From positions 1-56,213 of the forward strand of contig NW_021833960.1 in NCBI RefSeq assembly GCF_006345805.1: a stretch of 56,213 nt of DNA. The letters run 5' to 3'. The position numbers and the translations under genes were made by a program. Within the stretch, counting starts at the first letter, position 1, and each line of letters starts with the position of its first letter. Source of the DNA: Octopus sinensis (Eukaryota). Below are positions 11,359-24,550 of the stretch, piece after piece. A model generated the notes under the pieces. It saw only the letters and a program-made list of their open reading frames with translations. It ran no database searches and was not told where the DNA came from.

Positions 11359-12974
11359 CAGTTGCGGTCAAAATGTTCAGAACGGCCTTGTTTTCGTCAG
11401 AAAAGTAGATATAAGTTTTTATCAAAGTTGTTTTATATTCTATATTTCACAGACAATAAATACAATATTATTTGTTATTGTCTGAGATTTTGTGTAATTT
11501 GAGAGGATAATAAAAAAGTTATGGATGATTGAGTGATTTACTGCAAAACCCATGGCGGCCAAAATGATCAACGGTTGCTTTTACTCCATGTTTTAGTATA
11601 TTTAACCGTCGAACTCTAATGTTTTGAATTTGTTTACGTGATGGTTCGTTTACTAAACATTAGTAAGAATATCTGCAGTGGTACTTTGTTAATATAATGC
11701 CACTTACTCCGTTACCGATTCGTCAGCAGATTATTAAGCTTCGAAAGAAGGATAATTTAAATTAGGTCTATTGCAAAGATTGTAACAAGTCAAAAAGTGT
11801 TGTTCACGGTATTCTTAAGGTCTACGATGATTGTGGGCGTGTGAAACAAAAAAAGTCTACAGGTAGGCAAGAAAAACGACCAGAGAGAGAAGATCGTGCT
11901 ATGGTAAAGTTGGTTTAAAAAGGACAGATTTAAAACTGCTGCTGCTGTTTTTCGGGAAATGAGCATTGTACTGAAGAAAACTTTATCTCGAAAAACTGTG
12001 TCTCGTCCTTTAGTTGAACATGACCTACAAGCAAGAGCACCTGCAGTGAAGCCACTGATCAGCTCAAGAATAAAAAGTGTCTCGTCACCTTTGCAACCGA
12101 ACATGTGTTGTGGTCTCAAGAAAAATGGCAAACGGTGAATTTCAGTGATTAATCTAAGTCTATGTTATTTGGCTCAGATGGGAAAAAGTACCTTCGTCGA
12201 AAAGCAGGTGAAAAATTGTCACCTAAATGCCTTAAGACTAGTGTTAAATTCGGTGGAGGAAGTGTCATGGTTTGGGGGATGATATCTGGGATGTTGTGGG
12301 CCCTTTGCTGCGATTACATGGAAAGGTAAATGCGGAGTTTAAAACAACTTGTAAAAGATCATGTCTTGCCTGTGCTGAGAATTCAACTAAGCGACCACCC
12401 ATTCATGCAGGACAATGCCCCATGTCACAAGGCTAAGGTGGTCATGAACTTCCTCAAAGCTGAAAAGGTTATTGTTATGGATTGGCCTGCTCAAAGCCCA
12501 GACCTCAATCCTATTGAAAATGTGTGGAATATTCTAGGAGAACGTTTGAAAGCCAGAAATCCTAAAACAACCGAGCATTTATGGAATGCTCTTCAGGAAG
12601 AATGGAATAAGATCACCCAGCAAGAAATTGAAAATTTAATTTCCCCATGCAGTCGAAAATGTCAAACTTTGATTGAAGCTAAAGAGCTTCACACTAAATA
12701 TGAAATAATTCCAGCATTCTCTGTCACTTTTTGATTATTTTGTTATTTTTTCAACCGTTCTGATCATTTTGGCCACCATGGGTTTTGCAGTAAATCACTA
12801 TATCATCCATAACTTTTGTATTATCCACTCAAATTACACTAAAATCTCAGACTATACCAATTAATATCGTATTTATTGTCTGTGAAAATTATAGAATATA
12901 AAACAACTTAATAAAAAACTTATATCTACTTTTCTGACAAAAACAATGCCGTTCTGAACATTTGGCCGCAACTG
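11359..12974 (+). mobile_element. Full-length decayed Tc1-family transposon with long IR/DR termini
   Basis: About 220-bp TIRs (11359-11579, 12753-12974) starting CAGTTGCGGTCAAAA, with an inner direct repeat (gcggccaaaatgatca); inserted in a TA run. Confidence 0.93.
11697..12734 (+). pseudogene. Tc1 DD34E transposase pseudogene
   Basis: Motifs STGR..K, VNFSD*SK, KFGGGSVMVWGMIS and QDNAPCH...WPAQSPDLNPIE (34 residues between D and E); several frameshifts and stops. Confidence 0.93.
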
Positions 12975-13059
<85 letters not shown>

Positions 13060-13114
13060 TATATATATATATATATAATATACTATATATATATATCTAT
13101 ATATATAATGTATG

Positions 13115-13153
<39 letters not shown>

Positions 13154-13216
13154 ATATATATATATATATATAATATTATATTTGGTATATATATATATAT
13201 ATATATATATATTATG

Positions 13217-13263
<47 letters not shown>

Positions 13264-13285
13264 ATATTATAATATATATGGTGTG

Positions 13286-13318
<33 letters not shown>
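12975..13318. repeat. Long (TA)n microsatellite
   Basis: Directly visible. Confidence 0.95.
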
Positions 13319-13319
<1 letters not shown>

Positions 13320-13690
13320 TAAACATTAAAAAATAATACAGACATGGCAAGAATGAAAACAAAACACCACAGAGACGATACAAGAACCACAGGACGGGAC
13401 ATTCGAAGCCCTCAGTCATCAGTCAAGAACCAGATCATCTTAGCATTTCGGCTGATTAATCTTGAGATTGCTCCGATATGGCCAGCCCGCCAAGGAAATC
13501 TAAGCCAAGCGCATTAGATCCCCTGGAAGAAAGCTTCGAATGTATACAACACGAGGGCGGAAAACGAACGAAGTACACGAACAAAAATACAGAATACGTG
13601 ACACCAATAAGAATACAAAAACGTAAAAACAATAACGGTAAAAATAAAAAAATAAACAAAAAAACCAAAACCAGGACGTAGGACAAGGGT
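13320..13690. mobile_element. Unclassified repeat with hammerhead-like remnants (probably Penelope-derived)
   Basis: Minus-strand CTGATGA (13422-13416) followed by ttcGAATGTC; plus-strand CTGGAAGA..ttcGAATGTA near 13520. Same family as 2815-2880. Confidence 0.4.
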
Positions 13691-14211
13691 CTTTCGACAG
13701 GACGAGTTGAGTATGGGGCTGGCTTGTGAAGTTGTGCCTAAAGGCCGCAGGGAGACGAACAAATACGTGTTGCTTCTGCGACTGCTGGAACGAAAAGAGC
13801 GCTCAACAGCGGCTAGCGGTCCCACGTGAGAACAAAAGACAGGAGAAAGGGACAGATGAAAAGAGAGAGAAGGTGGACGAGGGAGGAGAAGAAGAGACAG
13901 ATCGAGGGGGCTGGAGGTGAGAGAGATAGAGAAACGTAGAAGGGGGGGGGAGACGGATGGAGAGGGAAGAAAGGAAGGGGAATAAGGAGGAGAGAGAGAG
14001 AGAGAGAAGAGACAGATTAAGAGTCGTATCCATGCTAGAGAAAAAATATACTTATCGTATAAGGACAATTGTGGATACGTAGCCGCCGATTATATAGGTA
14101 AACAGTACCGGAGTAAACACATAAATGTGAAACAAGGTGGAAAAAAGAGTACTCAAATACCAGTGGTAGAGTAATATGCTTTATTTAAAGCAGCAGAAAA
14201 TTCAACAAAAC

Positions 14212-14249
14212 CTGTTACTCTGAGTTTTCCGTTTCCGTTCGTCGGACAG
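14212..14249 (-). ncRNA. Minimal type I hammerhead ribozyme-like motif (mutated copy)
   Basis: ctgt-CCGACGA-acg gaaa cgg-AAAA-ctc a gag-UA-acag; U4C and G12A relative to the canonical core. Confidence 0.55.
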
Positions 14250-14715
14250 TTTTTGTTGGAATGGAACCGATATGTGAATTCTATTCAGACTATTGCAAAC
14301 GCTACACCTTTAAAAAAATTGACTTGCTTGATTGGCCCTTTAGAAATAACGCTCATACACCTTTAAAATTGGACTTGTTTGATTGACCCTTTAGAAATAA
14401 CGGCCAATTTTCGAGCGATAAACATAGATGAGTTCAAATATATATATATATGTATATGAAATATAAAAAATTTAAAATATAAAAAATATAAAAATATAAA
14501 AATATATAAAAAATATATAAAAAATATATAAAAATATATAAAATATAGAAAAGGTATATTAAAAATTATAAAATTCGAGCAAAAACTTTATATTGAATAA
14601 AATACATATTGACCTTAATGAAGAGGGCCAATCAAACAAGTCCATTTTTTTTTAAAGGTGTAGCGTTTGCAATAGTCTGAATAGAATTCACATATCGGTT
14701 CCATTCTAGCAAAAA

Positions 14716-14753
14716 CTGTCCGACGAACGGAAACGGGAAACTCAGAGTAACAG
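14716..14753 (+). ncRNA. Minimal type I hammerhead ribozyme-like motif
   Basis: Stem I ctgt/acag; core CCGACGA (14720-14726, U4C); short stem II with GAAA tetraloop; GAAA (14737-14740); stem III ACTC-a-GAGT; predicted cleavage after GUA at 14749. Confidence 0.65.
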
Positions 14754-15570
14754 GTTTTGTTGAATTTTCTGCTGCTTTAAATAAAGTATATATATATATA
14801 TATATATTTATATATGCACACACAGATGCTGACAGAAAGAACTCCTACGAAAGATGCACTCTTGGTTGCTAACATTTATTTGTTAACACCAAAAGAATTT
14901 TATAAAGTGTTTAGACAATACACAAGGTCTGCTAAGATACTTCGTTCACTGGAATTTTCTTTTAGTGTTTTTTTATTGTGTGTATGTGGAACCCAAACAT
15001 ACACATCTGCAGTTTCTTAGCGCAACACATGCATATTCGTTGTGTTACACAAAATTACACAAACCCCCCCGCGCGCGCACACACACACACACACACGCAC
15101 ATATCCAGATAGACAGGTAGACAGGCATGTAGACGGACAGGTAGACAGACAGACACGCTAACATTGACCAAGATTACGGCGATATTTAAAACAATGGAAT
15201 CCGGGAAACACAACCCAGACAATCGGACAGCTACTTCCATCCACACATCACATACTACGTTGGTATTTGGAGTACACCAGTCATACAGGTGGACAAACAG
15301 ACATACACACCCACACTCTCTTTCTCTCTCTCTCTCTCACACACGCACACACACATACACACACACATACACACACATATCCAGCTATCAGGTAGCTCAA
15401 CCTGCTAGAAATTACTGCCAAACCTTCTTCAAATCTCCCCTCTCAACGGTCATAAAAGATGTTTGAAGATATCGTCCAGAGTAGAATATTCCCTAAAAAG
15501 AGTGGTAGACGTCATGGCAGGAGTGCCGTTAATGTTACTGTCCATTGGATCAGAACTGTGTTGAGGTTAA

Positions 15571-15793
15571 CCCTTTTGTTACCAACCCGGCTGAAACCAG
15601 CTCTGGCTCTGTTGTACAAATGTCTTGTTTTCTTAAGGTTTCAATTAAAATCTTCCACCAAAACCTTAGTCACAATTTATGTTCCTAATACAAGCTGAAT
15701 GATAACTAAGTTATTTTACTAAATTCTTTGTTATATTTAAAATCAATTGAAAGAAACACAGAGCATCTCAAAATAAATACAGTAATGAAAGGG
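15571..15793. mobile_element. piggyBac-like MITE
   Basis: TTAA on both sides (15567-15570, 15794-15797); imperfect TIR CCCTTT(T/C)(G/A)TTAC. Confidence 0.8.
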
Positions 15794-16523
15794 TTAAACA
15801 ATAACATGCATATAAGTGACGAGAAGAAATTTCCCAGAGACACCCGTTACTTGAAAAACAATTAGCAAACTAGGCAGAGAGATGTCTAATATAGCGAAAC
15901 AAGAAGTTTTAATTAATGAAAATCATAGACATAATGAGAAGAGATAATTTTCACTTTAATGACTCACTTTACAAAGAAAAGATAAATGTGATCACTGATA
16001 TATAACTCTGCCATATTAACTTTTTTATTTTCTTTCAAAGTTATGATCAGAACCATTGTTGATACAAAATCCAATGATCTCGTCAAGGACCGTGAAATCC
16101 TTTGACAAAAATGCTGCCTTTGTCTTTTTTTGTTACCAACACACATCATATGTCTAATGCTATGTTAATATGTTAATACTTCCTATAACTCTAATTAATA
16201 ATTCCTTCTACCTGACTGTCTCTGTCTCTATCTGTCTCTGCCTCTGTCTCTATCTGTCTCTGCCTCTGTCTCTCAAGATATTTTTCCTGTTTTTCTCACG
16301 CCCACACTTTACCCTCTTCCCAACTCATTACCTCTAATAAGCTACACTCAATGCTATGTCAACCGCCACACGCTAAATAAATGTATTGGTCCCTGTTTCA
16401 AAGCAAACGTTTCACTAACATGGAATTTCACACTCCCTGAAATCATTTCGTTAACTTTTCTCAGTCCTCAACGGAAGAAAGTTACTTCCAGCATCTCAAT
16501 GTCCACGCATCCACCCAGTGGAG

Positions 16524-16908
16524 TGGAAGCACTCCGTCGGTTACGACGATGAGTGTTCCGGTTGATCCGAATCAACGGAACACCCTGCTCGTGAAATTAA
16601 CGTGTAAGTGGCTGAGCACTTCACAGACACGTGCACCCTTAACGTAGTTCTCGGGGATATTCAACGTGACACAGAGAGTGACAAGGCCGGCTCCTTGAAA
16701 TACAGGTACAACAGAAACAGGAAGTAAGAGTGAGAGAAAGTTGCGGTGAAAGAGTACAGCAAGGATCACCACCATCCCCTGCCGGAGCCTCGTGGAGCTT
16801 TAGGTGTTTTCACTCAATAAACACTCACAACGCCCGGTCTGGGAATCGAAACCGCGATCCTATGACCGCGAGTCCGCTGCCCTAACCACTGGGCCATTGT
16901 GCCTCCAC
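16524..16908 (-). mobile_element. SINE family C (tRNA-Arg-like head), full length with TSD
   Basis: Head ggcccagtggttagggcagcggac-TCG-cggtc...tttcgattccc; 13-bp TSD gcatccacccagt (16507-16519, 16909-16921). The tRNA-Arg-type head is consistent with the octopus OR SINE families (family assignment inferred). Confidence 0.95.
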
Positions 16909-16990
16909 GCATCCACCCAGTATGATGGTTAGGAAGGAGCGGAAATGTCTGCCACATTGATGCTAACCCCAACGCAATATATAAGTCCTT

Positions 16991-17214
16991 TAAGGCGGCG
17001 AGCTGGCAGAAACGTTAGCACGCCGGGCGAAATGCTTAGCGTTATTTCGTCTGCCACTACGTTCTGAGTTCAAATTCCGCTGAGGTTGACTTTGCCTTTC
17101 ATCCTTTCGGGGTCGGTCGACCTCGGCGGAATTTGAACTCAGAACGTAGCGGCAGCGAAATAACGCTAAGCATTTCGCCCGGCGTGCTAACGTTTTTGCC
17201 AGCTCGCTGCCTTA
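16991..17214. mobile_element. Fold-back pair of SINE B 5' halves
   Basis: 16991-17090 (+) and 17116-17214 (-) form a stem of about 100 bp with a 25-nt loop. Confidence 0.93.
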
Positions 17215-17845
17215 CACACTGGTGGTTTATTCACATAGATTGAGGAATAAAGCACTAAGAATGGTTACAGGAATCGAGGAGAAAAATGAATAAAGATTAA
17301 AGATTGATGTTTGTTCATGCAGTTCGGCTTGATAAATAAAAAAAATATCGAACTTTTATAAACTGATCGAATCGACTGAGGTAAAACAAGAGTACAGAAA
17401 TGAATTTTATTGGATATTGGTCCGCTTTGTCACATATTCGAGACTTGAGGACGGAGAAGAAGAACAACAACAGTAATGAAACAACATTGACGACAACACC
17501 CTTAATAATATCATCATCATCATCATCGGTAGTAGCAGCAGTCGCAGTAGCAGCAAAAACAACAACAACAACAAGTCACACGACGTTGATCTCGAAACAA
17601 CACGAACTGACCTAATGTTTCAATTTCTTACCCCTGGTGTCTCAGGTACAACCACAGCAACTACTACTACTACTACTACTACTATATAAGTTCTGCTGTT
17701 ACAGCTTCATTTGTTCTGGTGAACATAAAAGAGTTTTCACTCGCCCCGATCAGCTCCAGACAATTTAACATAAAAAAAGGTTCTTTGATTAAAAGTGAAA
17801 GGAATTGAGAAGAGACTGTGATAGAGACCAGTGGACTGTATCTGG

Positions 17846-18099
<254 letters not shown>

Positions 18100-18779
18100 C
18101 TCGCAAAATACTCTCTATGTAATCCCAAGGTTTAAAACAAACTTTTTTTAAATTTATTTATTAGACATTCACTATATATATATGGCAGACTAGGCATAAC
18201 AACAACGTGAACTTCCAACCTGTTGTCTCTTGAGGTCTCTGGGTGAGACTTGGAGCCAACTTGTACAGACATAAAGCAAAAGTCAAACATAGAATAATAA
18301 TAATGATAATAATAATAATCAGGCTGTGGCTCTCATGGCTTCTGATCTTAACTTATTGGAAGTGTTATCATGTACATTGCTTTGTCTTGGTATAAAAGAT
18401 GGACTACAGCAAATATTCTGCTCAATACCACAGATTTGCTTGTCAAAAAATAAAATGATCGCTTCTCTCAAAAGATAAAATAATCACCTAAGCTGCGTTA
18501 GCTCGTTTTGAACCCCGACGAAGTCCTACCACAATATAGTGTGAATGTTGCAACTTCCTTGGCATTAAACAATATGCTTGGAGATTCCCATCAACTAAAT
18601 GGTTGGACAAAAACATATATGTAGATCCTTCTGTTTTTCTTAATTTTTTTGAGGTTTCAACTTCCATGCTATTTATTTATTTGTAATGTTTTTCTCAAAA
18701 AACGTCATCTCTCTACAACATGCAAATAAATCAGTAATTACATCCATTTATATCCATTTTCTCTTGTTTTTCCCTCAAT

Positions 18780-19220
<441 letters not shown>

Positions 19221-19221
19221 A

Positions 19222-19827
19222 CAAGGCGGCGAGCTGGCAGAAACGTTAGCACGCCGGGCGAATGCGTAGCCGTATTTCATCTGCCGTTACGTTCTGAGTT
19301 CAAATTCCGCCAAGGTCTACTTTGCCTTTCATCCTTTCGGGGTCGATAAATTAAATACCAGTTACGCACTGGGATCGAAATAATCGACTTAATCCTTTTG
19401 TCTGTCCTTGTTTGTCCTCTCTGTATTTAGCTCCTTGTGGGTAGTAAAGAAATAGGTATTTCGTCTGCCGTGACGTTCTGAGTTCAAATTCCGCCGAGGT
19501 CGACTTTGCCTTTCATCCTTTCAGAGTACCTATTTCTTTACTACCCACAAGGGGCTAAACACAGAGAGGACAAACAAGGACAGGCAAACGGATAAAGTCG
19601 ATTATATCGACCCCAGTGCTTAACTGGTACTTATTTAATCGACCCGGAAAGGATGAAAGGCAAAGTCGACCTCGGCGGAATTTGAACTCAGAACGTAACG
19701 GCAGACGAAATACGGCTAAGCATTTCGCCCGGCGTGCTAACGTTTCTGCCGCACTGGGGTCGATGTAATCGACTTAATCCGTTTGTCTGCTTTGTTTGTA
19801 CTCTCTATGTTTAGCCCTCTGTGGGCA

Positions 19828-19828
<1 letters not shown>
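19222..19828. mobile_element. Composite SINE B cluster: full (+), partial tandem (+), full (-), 3' tail (+)
   Basis: About 19222-19460 and 19527-19750 are inverted full copies about 65 nt apart. Confidence 0.9.
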
Positions 19829-19861
<33 letters not shown>

Positions 19862-20083
19862 TATACTATTTATCTATATATATATATATATATATATATA
19901 TCTCGGACTCTGAAGTTACAGTCCGAGTTGTTATCTATAATCGTAAAAATTAAAAGTAATTCAAATTCAATGTTTTCTTGAAACAATAAATTTCTATAGA
20001 GATTAGGATTTAAATTCTAATCTATGAAAAGTTTCCGTTTTGCAATATTCTTAAAGGAACGAAAAAATTATCTAGCAACTCGG

Positions 20084-20327
20084 GCTAGGAGTGGCTGTGT
20101 GGTAAGCGCAGGAGTGGCTGTGTGGTAGGCACAGGAGTGACTGTGTGGTAGGCGCAGGAGTGGCTGTGTGGTAAGTAGCTTGCTAACCAACCACATGGTT
20201 CCGGGTTCAGTCCCACTGCGTGGCATCCTGGGCAAGTGTCTTCTGCTATAGCCCCGGGCCGACCAATGCCTTGTGAGTGGATTTGGTAGAACGGAAACTG
20301 AAAGAAGCCTGTCGTATATATGTATAT

Positions 20328-20380
<53 letters not shown>

Positions 20381-20595
20381 TGTTTGTGTGTCTGTGTTTG
20401 TCCCCCTAGCATTGCTTGACAACCGATGCTGGTGTGTTTATGCCCCCGTCCCTTAGCGGTTCGACAAAAAGAGACCGATAGAATAAGTACTGGACTTACA
20501 AAAAGAATAAGTCCCGGGGTCGTGTTGCTCGATTAAAGGCGGTGCTCCAGCATGGCCGCAGTCAAATGACTGAAACAAGTAAAAAAAAAAAGAAA
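20084..20595 (+). mobile_element. SINE family A with its 23-nt 5' end repeated four times
   Basis: Unit gcgcaggagtggctgtgtggta(g/a) at about 20084, 20106, 20129 and 20152, then the normal body and tail. Confidence 0.93.
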
Positions 20596-20937
20596 AGAGA
20601 GTAATACGAAGGAAACTTGGTAGGTGTAAAAGACTAACAGACATCTCTTGTCAAGATTACAGGCGACGATCAGATCGCTGATGTTTGTTGTGCACTCCGC
20701 TATCGTTATTTGATTGCTGTCATTCTGTGCGTTTCTGTGTAAAGACCTGTTGTGCTTCGTAGGGTTTCTTTATTGTTACCCTTGACTTAGAAACGGAAAA
20801 AGACATCGTGCTAGATATATTTAAAAAATGCCATTGGGGGTTAGAAGTAAAGCGGGGAAAATGTGAAATACTTCAAGCAGGCATGTGTCATACGAAATCT
20901 GTGATGAGCTCGAGTGACGCTGATGACCTGGAGTCGC

Positions 20938-21019
<82 letters not shown>

Positions 21020-21021
<2 letters not shown>

Positions 21022-21144
21022 GATTATTTGAGGGATATTATTCCTAACTTACAGGGAAAATTTCAATTTAGAAAAACTAAATCAATTTCACAAAATATAA
21101 TTTAATTGTTCATTTTGAATTGATAAAAGGTGGTTTTTTTTCTA

Positions 21145-21187
<43 letters not shown>

Positions 21188-21230
21188 CACACACATATTC
21201 ATCATGTATGTTTGTGTGTGTGTGTGTGTA

Positions 21231-21265
<35 letters not shown>

Positions 21266-22200
21266 ATGTATGTAATTATCGTAATTTTCTATATTATTAG
21301 ATATTAAATTTAAGTTTATTCGTAAGATACTACTTAGCGATAGATTTGTTGTTTGATAGCAAGTATACGAGGTGTATAAAGTTAGGCTTTTGTATATAAA
21401 TGTTTTAATAGTATTAATTGTAGTTTTAAATTTATTATAATTAATTAGATAAACTTTGATAAACTTAGATATGTTTCGACTAAAGATTGGTCCAGGCCAT
21501 GTCTAATTTAATAGCATAACTTAGTATTGTTTTTTAAAATTGATATTCGCTATTATTTCCCATTGATAATTATATTTATAGTTTATAATATTTATTTCAT
21601 ACTATATAACTACGAATTGATTATTTCTATAGTATTTTACATAAGATTTCCGAAAGTTCGTTTAAGTTTGTTTGTTTGTATTTTTGAAATTAGCTATTTC
21701 ATCTTTAAATATGAAAAATTAATTTATTAGGTTTTTATTATATGTGCATATATATTTATTTATAGAGATTATTTTAGATCTTAATTATAATATTTATATA
21801 CATTTATATATTTTCATTGATAATTTATATATAATAGTCATTTTTAAATATTTATGTAATTAGATATAGATTAATACCAATATTAGATTATTGGTGGGTT
21901 TCCTACCTTATAAATTAAAATTAATATTTAACATTATAGTCGATTTTGATATAATCATAATTGTTAAGTTTTATGTTTCTAGTTTGATAATAGAGTTTAT
22001 TATAAGTAAAATTATTATATTATTTATATCTTAAAAATATTGTTTAAATATTTCTGATTATTTTTTAATATTTCAATTAACCTGAAGATTGACTGTAACC
22101 ATAATCGAATTATTAATTGAATTTAAATTATTGTTATTCGAATTGTACAGCCATGAAACGATCGTAGTGTTTTACTCTTTATCTTTTATTAAACTTTTAA
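21020..22200. mobile_element. AT-rich decayed repeat of the same family as 48930-49417 (Penelope-like)
   Basis: Shares cttacagggaaaa.ttcaatttag with 48950 and the hammerhead motif with 49186. Confidence 0.5.
22080..22168 (+). ncRNA. Type I hammerhead-like motif with long stem II
   Basis: CTGAAGA (22082-22088); stem II tgactgta/tacagcca; GAAA (22155-22158); palindromic stem III ACGATCGT; GUA site at 22164-22166; stem I only 2 bp. Confidence 0.55.
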
Positions 22201-22337
22201 TACTTTTGATATATATTTAAAATAATATAAATTAAATTATTTTATGTATTGGCTTATGTTTTTCATTGTTTGATTTGCCTAATAGTGGTTTTATCTCTAA
22301 TATAATATAATATAAAAATATAATATAATATAATATA

Positions 22338-22399
<62 letters not shown>

Positions 22400-22547
22400 G
22401 TATATATATATATATATTATATATATATATATATACATAATTATAATCAGGGGTCAGCTAAGTGCCCCGCCACGTACTGAATTAGAAGTAGATGCTAATG
22501 TCTTTTCAACTACCATAAAAAGTACTGACAAATTGTAAAAATTATTA

Positions 22548-22938
22548 ATTCTCTTTTACTTGTTTCAGTCATTTGACTGTGGCCATGCTGGAACACCGCC
22601 TTCAGCCGAACAAATCGACCCCAGGACTTATTCTTTGTAAGACTAGTACTTATTCTGTCGGTATCTAAGTTACGGGGACGTAAACACACCAGCATCGGTT
22701 GTCAAGCGATGTTGGGGTGACAAACACATACATATACACACACGTACACACACACATATCTATATATATATATATGACGGGCTTCTTTCAGTTTCCGTGC
22801 ACCAAAACCACTTACAAGGCTTTGGTCGGCCCGAGGTTATAGTAGAAAACACTTGCCCAAGGTACCACGCAGTGGGACTGAACACGGAACCATGTTGTTG
22901 TGAAGCAAGCTACTTACCACACCGCCACTCCTACGCCT
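22548..22938 (-). mobile_element. SINE family A, full length
   Basis: Reverse complement of the consensus. Confidence 0.93.
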
Positions 22939-23029
22939 AATTAATTAATCAATTAATTTTACCCTATATTATACACACACACACAAACACACACACACAC
23001 TTATGTATATATATATATATATATAATAT

Positions 23030-23100
<71 letters not shown>

Positions 23101-23110
23101 ATACATATAT

Positions 23111-23233
23111 ATACACACTCACCTGTACGCTTACACAGGTAAGCATACCAACAGTATAGGTGTTATGTGTTGGCATCCTAGGTGTGCATATCCACATGTA
23201 TTATACACACACACACAAACACACACACACACC

Positions 23234-23293
<60 letters not shown>

Positions 23294-23380
23294 CTATACA
23301 CACTCACCTGTACGCTTACACAGGTAAGCATACCAACAGTATAGGTGTTATGTGTTGGCATCCTAGGTGTGCATATCCAC
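23111..23380. repeat. Direct duplication of an 85-bp unique unit (185-bp period) with microsatellite spacer
   Basis: 23111-23195 equals 23296-23380. Confidence 0.9.
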
Positions 23381-23660
23381 GTATTTGTTGTCTCGCCTAA
23401 AGTCTTGAGCATGCGCTCATCAATAGCAAACAACAGACGAATGTTTAGAAATGATGAGAAGGATAATCTGGCAGATGTGTTTTGTTATCTCGAAGAGATT
23501 AAGGCTCTATCCTTAAGTATCTTACAGAAAGATAAGCAAATTAAAACAGAATTCCTATACAGGCCGGATTAAGTTGAGGCGTTATGTCACCTGTCTCTGT
23601 TAATCCGAATTGAAAGAAAAAACTGGAAACATTTACATAGGACAGCCTTATTGCTTTTGT

Positions 23661-23811
<151 letters not shown>

Positions 23812-24184
23812 GTGATGAGTACCAGGCGTTAAGGATCAGAAAATATCTACTTTCAAAGCACGAATGCATCGTATATTTTGTTGTTGTTGTTGTTGTTGTT
23901 GCTGTTGTTTTTGTTGTTGTTGTTACGGTTGTTTCGTCCCGTGTCAACCCCACTGAAGCAGACTCATGATCAAAGAGATACAACCGTGGCTATTACTCTT
24001 TCCAGACAATATTTGATTCCAAGACAGCATTATCGAAAGTTGTCATCTTGCTTCTTGTCGTCACTGTTGCTGCTGTTGCTGCAGCTGCAGTTTAGCCCCA
24101 GGACAGGCTTCGTCAGTGAGACCAATATTTAAATTTACATTATTTACATTTGACGGATATTTGTCCTCACCTTGTTTGTTGTTA

Positions 24185-24228
24185 ACACAACGTTCCGGCT
24201 GATATACTTTCCAGCCTTCATCAGGTGC
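24185..24228 (-). ncRNA. Minimal type I hammerhead-like motif (mutated copy)
   Basis: gcac-CTGATGA-a-ggctg gaaagtatat cagcc-GGAA-cg-UU-gtgt; GAAA mutated to GGAA. Confidence 0.55.
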
Positions 24229-24275
24229 CTCGGGGGAAATTTCGAACCTGGGTTCTCATTCCTAAGGTATGCCAA

Positions 24276-24351
24276 GGGACATATAGCATAGTGGTTAAGA
24301 GCGCAGGCTACTAACCTCAAGATTTTGAGTTCTATTCCAGGCAGTGACCTG
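24276..24351 (+). other. tRNA-like Pol III promoter cassette (SINE-type head)
   Basis: A-box-like tagcatagtggttaa, B-box-like gagttctattcc, and ends that can pair as an acceptor stem (ggacat/gtgacc). Confidence 0.6.
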
Positions 24352-24366
24352 AATAATAATAATAAC

Positions 24367-24401
<35 letters not shown>

Positions 24402-24417
24402 AATAATAATAATATAA

Positions 24418-24457
<40 letters not shown>

Positions 24458-24505
24458 TCGAAAAAAATATCTTAGCAATGAGAACCCAGGTTCGAAATTT
24501 CCCAA

Positions 24506-24550
24506 GACACCCGATGAAGGTTGGAGAGTTTATCAACCGAAACGTTGTGT
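24506..24550 (+). ncRNA. Minimal type I hammerhead-like motif
   Basis: gacac-CCGATGA-a-ggttg gagagtttat caacc-GAAA-cg-UU-gtgt; stem III reduced to the palindrome ACGT; predicted cleavage after GUU at 24546; U4C. Confidence 0.65.

Larger units (their letters stand above)
14179..14786. mobile_element. Fold-back repeat with about 160-bp inverted arms, each containing a hammerhead-like motif
   Basis: Arms 14179-14339 and 14624-14786 are near-identical reverse complements. Confidence 0.85.

Noticed and set aside
20901-20943. Box C/D snoRNA (GTGATGA ... CTGATGA ... CTGA)
   Set aside because: Only 43 nt between box C and box D, with no terminal stem.
21300-21910. Penelope RT/GIY-YIG coding remnant (minus-strand RKPTNNL and YNYQWEII)
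   Set aside because: The motifs are only about 113 codons apart (well over 200 expected), the frame has many stops, and the sequence is very AT-rich. A tBLASTn/HMM hit would be needed to call it.
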